Source: Candidatus Zixiibacteriota bacterium (GTDB taxonomy: Bacteria; Zixibacteria; MSB-5A5; UBA10806; 4484-95). Taken from it: a DNA stretch of 14,644 nt. Position numbers and translations under genes: made by a program. Position 1 is the stretch's first letter. Each line of letters opens with the position of its first letter. This document shows, one piece after another, positions 9,653 through 14,644 of the stretch. Where the stretch lies: assembly GCA_029932605.1 (NCBI GenBank), contig JAOZPT010000054.1, positions 1-14,644 on the forward strand, read 5' to 3'. The notes under the pieces are model-generated. The model was not told where the DNA came from. It did not search any database and was given only the letters and a program-made list of their open reading frames with translations.

Positions 9653-10495
9653 TTATTCCTCATGATGCGACATGAGTGAAAAATAAATTGTCGACAACAT
9701 CGTAAAAACAAGTGCCTGGACAAAACTTGTAAGTAACGCTAAAAATATAAATGGAAAATGCAAGGGTATGCCCGGTATCCAGGGAGGTGGGTGAAAAACC
9801 GCAATCGCCGATATCCCCAACCCGACAAAAATAGCCAATAGAATATCCTCGCCCATGATATTGCCGAATAAACGTAAAGACAGTGAGAGCGGTTTGGTAA
9901 GCTCACCGATAATGTGTAATGGTAAATTAATTGGAACCAAGCACCATTCAACTACCGACTTGGGAGAACCAGCATAATGATGAATATAACCTAAAATACC
10001 CAAGTTTCTAATACCCTCAATTTGCACATATAAAAACACACAGATAGCCATGGCTAGGGTGGTGTTTAATCTCGAGGTCGAGGAGAACATTCCGGGTATC
10101 AAACCGAACATGTTCATAGTCAAGATATAGACGAATAATGTTCCCAGGAATGGAACATATTTCTGACCTTTTTCGCCCAGAATACCAACCACCATATTAT
10201 ATAACGATTCGACGATAAATTCAATCAGGTTCTGAAGTTTGCCGGGAAACAGAGTCCTTTTCCTATAGACCAATATGCTGAAAAACGACAACAACAACCA
10301 TACCAATACTGAAAAGATAACCACATGCCAGTGCCATAGAAATTGCGTTACCGAGCCAGGAAAAAGCTCTCTGGCGAGGCCTAACCAGTTAGGTAGTTCA
10401 GGAACAAAACCTTCCTTTGCATGTCCAACGTTCTGAGCATGACCGGTCGAACCAATTGCAACTGTGTTAATAATGAAAGCCAACTTTACAATCAT
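9653..10495 (-). CDS. atpB: ATP synthase Fo subunit a
   Basis: PGKLQNLIE, N..GLIPG, KPLSLSLRLFGNI (essential Arg), VQALVFTMLSTIY. Confidence 0.97.
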   Translation of the reverse strand: MIVKLAFIINTVAIGSTGHAQNVGHAKEGFVPELPNWLGLARELFPGSVTQFLWHWHVVIFSVLVWLLLSFFSILVYRKRTLFPGKLQNLIEFIVESLYNMVVGILGEKGQKYVPFLGTLFVYILTMNMFGLIPGMFSSTSRLNTTLAMAICVFLYVQIEGIRNLGILGYIHHYAGSPKSVVEWCLVPINLPLHIIGELTKPLSLSLRLFGNIMGEDILLAIFVGLGISAIAVFHPPPWIPGIPLHFPFIFLALLTSFVQALVFTMLSTIYFSLMSHHEE

Positions 10496-10881
10496 CGTGC
10501 TTTTATCCGAGGTTTAACATTAATGTGAAATATCGACTGGCTTACAACTTTCAATGTCGTCACAAGAAATAACGAAGAAAAACCCCAAAGTAAACCATAA
10601 ATAGGAGTAAAACTCCAGATAACCAGTAGATATCCCAAAAAATAGATCAGGGGAAATTTTAAAAATATAAACAATGCTATAAGAGTTTTATTCTTTGGAT
10701 GGGGATTGATAAGAAGAATCACAACAAATCTTATGGCTAAAAGATTCAGACAGGCCCAGATGCATCCCAATAAATAAGCCACTGCGAAAGCCACTCTCAC
10801 ATAAACCGCCAGAAATGGGAAGACAATCAGCGCTAGTATCAGGGAGGTTTTAATGATACGGTTTATGAAATCGAGGTTCAT
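10492..10881 (-). CDS. atpI: ATP synthase protein I (4-TM AtpI-like)
   Basis: 129 aa with four hydrophobic segments, directly upstream of atpB, ATGA overlaps on both sides. Confidence 0.8.
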   Translation of the reverse strand: MNLDFINRIIKTSLILALIVFPFLAVYVRVAFAVAYLLGCIWACLNLLAIRFVVILLINPHPKNKTLIALFIFLKFPLIYFLGYLLVIWSFTPIYGLLWGFSSLFLVTTLKVVSQSIFHINVKPRIKAR

Positions 10882-11102
10882 TTAGGATTTCTAGTGCTCT
10901 TCCTTATCAAGTTATATATCTCTTTACCAGCGGCAGCAAACCCTAACCCAAGACCGATTATCATAAAAATCTGCCCACTGCCCAATTTCCCATCGACCCA
11001 TTTACCCAGATAGTAGCCAATTAAAGGCGCCACTACCAGGATCACTGGAATCGTTGTTGCTATTGCCAACTGGCGGTAAGCTTGAAGCTTTTCCTTGTCC
11101 AT
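10878..11102 (-). CDS. atpZ: AtpZ/AtpI-family small membrane protein (ATPase gene 1)
   Basis: 74 aa, two TM helices with IGYYLGKWVD..LGS..IFMIIGLGLGFAAAG pattern. First gene of the operon. Confidence 0.85.
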   Translation of the reverse strand: MDKEKLQAYRQLAIATTIPVILVVAPLIGYYLGKWVDGKLGSGQIFMIIGLGLGFAAAGKEIYNLIRKSTRNPK

Positions 11103-11126
11103 TCACCCGCCAAACAAAACCATGCT

Positions 11127-11155
11127 TTAATACATCATTATAAGTTTACAGTCAA
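11127..11155 (-). promoter_or_regulatory. Putative sigma70-type promoter of the atp operon
   Basis: TTGACT (11155-11150), 17-nt spacer, TATTAA (11132-11127), 24 nt upstream of the atpZ ATG. Confidence 0.5.
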
Positions 11156-11387
11156 GACTTTTTCGGGTGTTTTTTCTAACCTGCACACATCGATACCGAA
11201 ACTATAACCTGAAAGCAAAACCTATACTGTTAAACTCTTACTTCAATATCAACACCCATTAAACAAAACGTTATCAGACATCAACTCGCTATCTAATAGT
11301 ACACTCAATTATCAAACAAAAAAATTTTAAGCATGTCAAAAAAAAACTGGAATTATTTAGAGGATTTGTTATAAGATAAATATAGGT

Positions 11388-13640
11388 ATGACTAAAAAAT
11401 TGATTGCTTTTTCAATCCTGGCCATGTTGTCAGTTTATAGTTGTTCGGATAATGACAATGTTACAAGTCTCTCGGTTGGCACACTTCACGGTAAAGTAAC
11501 TTTGGATAATATCGGTATCAACGGAGTGCTGATAACAATCAGCCCTTATGATATCAGCGGCAAACTGAGCCAACCAAAGTTACAATCATTCAATATGGCC
11601 TCTGAATCAGGTGATTTTTCGTTCGAACTCTACCCGGGAACCTACCGTGCTGATTTTCTGTATTACGGAAACGATGATGAGGTGTTTCAGGCAACTCGTT
11701 ATCCCCTGTATATAGTCGCTGGGAGTCAAACCTGGATCTTAGTTGAGTTGAAAGATCCGGTACCACGATGTTTTTTAGCCTCTGATGGTGACGCAACAGT
11801 CGAGTTATCATGGGAAAGCGCTTATGACGCTATTTATTATATTCTTTACAGGTCAAATTCGTTGGCAGGAGATTTTCAGATTATCTCTAATGTCGATTCA
11901 TCCTCCGGCACTATTTATCACAATGACCAGCCTCAATCAGCGGGTACATATTTCTACAGGGTAACATCGGTAAACAACCAGGAGCAGGAAAGCGATTTCG
12001 ATACAACACTGCAAGTCGATTTCACAGCTACAATTTATCCACCAACAGGATTCCAAGCCGTCGATATGGTCGACTATGTGCACTTAAGCTGGGATAGTAA
12101 ACCCTGTGCTATATATTATCGTATCCACCGCTCAGAGGATAATGAGCAAAACTGGGTTTTTATCGATTCAACCACTGGGGATTACTACGACGATACACCA
12201 ATAGATACATCAATCTATTATTATCATATAACCGCTGTTAGTATTTATGGCACCGAATCTGAGCCAAGCACTTCAGTGATCGTTAACTATGATGGTCGAT
12301 TTGACCCACCCCGGAACGTTTCGATTATCGATAGAGGCTCGGATCTTTATTTAAGCTGGTTAGGTTATAACAATGTCGCCTATTACTCCATTTACAGAGC
12401 TACCTCAGCTGACGGTAATTACTTTCAAATCGATTCCACCAGCTATTCTTATTATTCCGATACACCACCGGTAGAGGACAATTATTATTATTATATAACC
12501 GCTATCGGCCCTAACGGCCTTGAATCCGATCCCTCGTCGGTAGTCTCTGCCGAGTTTGACGGCGTTTTGGATTACCCAGCCGGCGTGATTGCTATTGATA
12601 AGGGACTTTATGTCGAATTGAACTGGGAAGAAGTTTACTGGGCTGGCTATTACGTGATTTACAGATCTGATGATGATGAAAGATACCAGCAGGTGGGAAG
12701 GGTAACCGGCTCGGTTACTACATTCAATGACACACCACCATCTGCCGGTTTGTATTATTATGGCGTTTCAACGGAGACGGTGTCAGGTGATGAAGGCGAG
12801 ATGTCCGAACCGGTTACAGTTCAGTTTACAGATAACCTTCTAGCGCCAACAGGAGTTGATATTGAAAATATGGGAACATACATCAGGGTGATATGGGACA
12901 TGGTTTTATCCGCCAATAGTTACAATATCTATCGGTCTCCAGAGGGTGGGGGTTACATCATTATCGGTTCATCTGAAACAAACCATTATGATGATATCCC
13001 TCCCGAGGAGGGTTCGTATTACTACAAGGTGAGAGCAACTGATACACTTGGTCATATTTCTCCGTTTTCCAATCCTGCTTATGCTTATTTCAACGCTCTG
13101 CCTTTACCACCCTACGATGTGACCGCTATCGACTCGATTTATAAAGTTCATTTAAGCTGGCAAAGCGAGGATACATCCGGTTTTTATATCATCTATAGAA
13201 GCTTTTCGATAGATGGTGAATACGACTCGGTTGGTTACAATCAGGAAAATAGTTTCATTCACTGGCCGGATGCTGGCGGTGAAATGTTTTATAAAATACA
13301 GGCGGTTACCGAAGGCGGCGCTCGAAGCGAGTTATCGGATTTTGCCCATGTCTATTTCTCTGGCCTTCTTGAAGCGCCAACCATCACCTACGCTTACCAG
13401 GATCCTGATAGCGATTTCGTTCGCCTCAACTGGACCGCGCCAGCCGGTGCATCATACTATGACGTTTATCGAAAACTTAATAACGAAGAGGATTACCAGT
13501 TTATACTGGGTGTTGAGGTTAATACCGCCATCGATAGACCCGATTCTGCAGGAATCTATGACTACAAGGTGAAAGCCTCAACGGTTGGTGGCCTTGAATC
13601 CGCCTTCTCCGCACCGGTGCAGGTGGAGTTCGAGCCGTAA
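11388..13640 (+). CDS. Lipoprotein with an N-terminal prealbumin/carboxypeptidase-regulatory-like domain and seven tandem fibronectin type III-like repeats
   Basis: Signal MTKKLIAFSILAMLSVYS-C19. aa ~30-121 GTLHGKVT...SGDFSFELYPGTY. aa 123-750 are seven ~90-aa units with consensus P-x-(G/N)-(V/F)...(V/L)xLxW...YxIYRS...YxDxP...YYYxVxA...ESxxS. Confidence 0.88.
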   Translation: MTKKLIAFSILAMLSVYSCSDNDNVTSLSVGTLHGKVTLDNIGINGVLITISPYDISGKLSQPKLQSFNMASESGDFSFELYPGTYRADFLYYGNDDEVFQATRYPLYIVAGSQTWILVELKDPVPRCFLASDGDATVELSWESAYDAIYYILYRSNSLAGDFQIISNVDSSSGTIYHNDQPQSAGTYFYRVTSVNNQEQESDFDTTLQVDFTATIYPPTGFQAVDMVDYVHLSWDSKPCAIYYRIHRSEDNEQNWVFIDSTTGDYYDDTPIDTSIYYYHITAVSIYGTESEPSTSVIVNYDGRFDPPRNVSIIDRGSDLYLSWLGYNNVAYYSIYRATSADGNYFQIDSTSYSYYSDTPPVEDNYYYYITAIGPNGLESDPSSVVSAEFDGVLDYPAGVIAIDKGLYVELNWEEVYWAGYYVIYRSDDDERYQQVGRVTGSVTTFNDTPPSAGLYYYGVSTETVSGDEGEMSEPVTVQFTDNLLAPTGVDIENMGTYIRVIWDMVLSANSYNIYRSPEGGGYIIIGSSETNHYDDIPPEEGSYYYKVRATDTLGHISPFSNPAYAYFNALPLPPYDVTAIDSIYKVHLSWQSEDTSGFYIIYRSFSIDGEYDSVGYNQENSFIHWPDAGGEMFYKIQAVTEGGARSELSDFAHVYFSGLLEAPTITYAYQDPDSDFVRLNWTAPAGASYYDVYRKLNNEEDYQFILGVEVNTAIDRPDSAGIYDYKVKASTVGGLESAFSAPVQVEFEP

Positions 13641-13699
13641 TCGTTTGTAGGCCAGTCTCCAAAAAAACGACGAAAATCTATCTTACAATCTGTACAGGT

Positions 13700-13757
13700 T
13701 TTCAGTGCCGTCAGGTCGCCTGACCTGATTTCAGTGCCGTCAGGTCGCCTGACCTGA
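13700..13757 (+). repeat. Perfect 29-bp tandem duplication TTTCAGTGCCGTCAGGTCGCCTGACCTGA x2
   Basis: 13700-13728 is identical to 13729-13757. Confidence 0.95.
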
Positions 13758-13791
13758 CGGTTTTCTGTCGGGTGCGGCCACCCGACATCAC
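13734..13791. repeat. Inverted doublet of related palindromic units (REP/REPIN-like)
   Basis: Unit A (+, 13734-13760) GTGCCGTCAGGTCGCCTGACCTGACGG; TTTT spacer; unit B (-, 13791-13765) GTGATGTCGGGTGGCCGCACCCGACAG. 19/27 identical. Both form perfect stems (10 and 9 bp) with 4-nt loops GCCT/GCCG. Confidence 0.7.
13737..13766 (+). terminator. Possible intrinsic terminator for the FN3 lipoprotein gene, provided by the hairpin element
   Basis: CCGTCAGGTC-GCCT-GACCTGACGG followed by TTTTCT, about 100 nt after the stop at 13640. Confidence 0.5.
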
Positions 13792-13962
13792 AACAATTCT
13801 TATTTGAAGATTAAGCCCAAAATCCCTAATGGTGTCGATAGGAACAATCTCGATATCCTGCGCTTGTAAAAGAAATGGTGAAAGTAAAAAGATAAAACAA
13901 AGAAAGAATAGCTTCCAGTAACTAAACTTAAATTGATTGATCAAAATATCAGCCATAGCCCT

Positions 13963-14589
13963 TTAAAACGAGTATGTTAACTTAACTATTGTTGTAATAT
14001 CATTTTTATACAAAGCCGGTTGAATGATTAGTGCAATCTTTTGAGATCTTTTCATATCGTTAGCAATCATAGCCGAACCAAAAATATCATAAGCCCAAGT
14101 CCCAAGCCATAATCCTACAATCGCTAATGAAAAAGCCAAATCAGATTCATTTTCATTTCCGTTAAAACCTCTCATACCGTAGGAATATACACCAGCAATT
14201 ATTACTACTTCCGTTGAAAAAAGTATTAAAAATGTTTTAGGTTTATCCACATACAAATGGCCCAAACCATGAATAAAGAAACCAGGAACTGCGGCTATCA
14301 ATATAGCTGCTTCAACATATTTTGTCTTTTTCTTTTGATATACAGAATCAGCGAAAATGCTCAAGCCTTTTTCTTTCTCAACATTTACCATTATTAATGC
14401 TTGTGAATTGTGGGTATTTTGTGTTTTAAGTGATAACTTATTTATTTCTTCTTTTACAGTCAATTTCTCAATAAGGGCTTCATGAGTAAATTCTGTGCAA
14501 TAACCCACCTGAATATTAGTGAGTGTGTATAAAAAGCCAATGAGAAAAATTATAGTCTTGATCATAAATGAGTACATGCTTTCATCCAC
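13963..14589 (-). CDS. Hypothetical exported membrane protein, TM2/DUF5683-like; true start may be ATG 14565 or 14577
   Basis: Hydrophobic N-terminus MIKTIIFLIGFLYTL, motif AAILIAAVPGFFIHGLGHLY, two more hydrophobic helices ending W.YDI..S, C-terminal VKLTYSF. Confidence 0.7.
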   Translation of the reverse strand: MDESMYSFMIKTIIFLIGFLYTLTNIQVGYCTEFTHEALIEKLTVKEEINKLSLKTQNTHNSQALIMVNVEKEKGLSIFADSVYQKKKTKYVEAAILIAAVPGFFIHGLGHLYVDKPKTFLILFSTEVVIIAGVYSYGMRGFNGNENESDLAFSLAIVGLWLGTWAYDIFGSAMIANDMKRSQKIALIIQPALYKNDITTIVKLTYSF

Positions 14590-14644
14590 ATATGAAAAAA
14601 GTTTAAATTACATAAAATCAAAAACACTTTTAGGTGATAAACCA

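Larger units (their letters stand above)
13711..13956 (-). pseudogene. Truncated secreted-protein gene; last 26 codons are read through the hairpin element
   Basis: Signal-peptide-like N-terminus (KLFFLCFIFLLSPFLLQA|QD), starting 6 nt after the upstream stop. Codon 56 (GTG, 13791-13789) is the first triplet of the repeat element, and the composition switches from AT-rich to GC-rich there. Confidence 0.6.

Noticed and set aside
11308..11339. Perfect TTGACA on the minus strand (11339-11334) as a second atp promoter
   Set aside because: The nearest -10-like hexamer GATAAT is 20 nt away, outside normal spacing.
11754..13637. Bacteroidota-type O-glycosylation sequons D-(S/T)-(A/I/L/V/M/T) in the FN3 protein
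   Set aside because: I count 7 in 750 aa, but cytoplasmic AtpA has 4 in 502 aa, so there is no convincing enrichment.
13700..13791. 29-bp palindromic direct repeat as a mini CRISPR array
   Set aside because: The two copies abut with no spacer, the third related unit is inverted, and no cas genes are present.

Overview
A bacterial window dominated by housekeeping genes. A complete 10-gene F1Fo ATP synthase operon (atpZ-I-B-E-F-H-A-G-D-C, 11102->3915, minus strand) is followed on the same strand by a cyclophilin-type PPIase lipoprotein and dxr. After these comes a large AT-rich fused nuclease/N6-adenine methyltransferase gene (Type IIG / Type ISP-related, 1878->1) that runs off the window edge and is absent from the supplied ORF track. 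Divergent from the atp operon is a 750-aa lipoprotein with one prealbumin-like domain and seven tandem fibronectin type III-like repeats. At the right end, an AT-rich minus-strand pair (a TM2/DUF5683-like membrane protein and a truncated secreted-protein gene) converges on it. The most unusual sequence signal is a 58-bp inverted doublet of related GC-rich hairpins (13734-13791). Its two units differ by three compensatory base-pair changes, it looks REP/REPIN-like with a non-canonical GTG(C/A) foot, it carries a 29-bp tandem duplication, and it sits exactly where the secreted-protein gene breaks. I found no CRISPR array, RNA gene, transposase or clearly novel multi-gene system. All family assignments come from reading motifs by eye, not from database searches.
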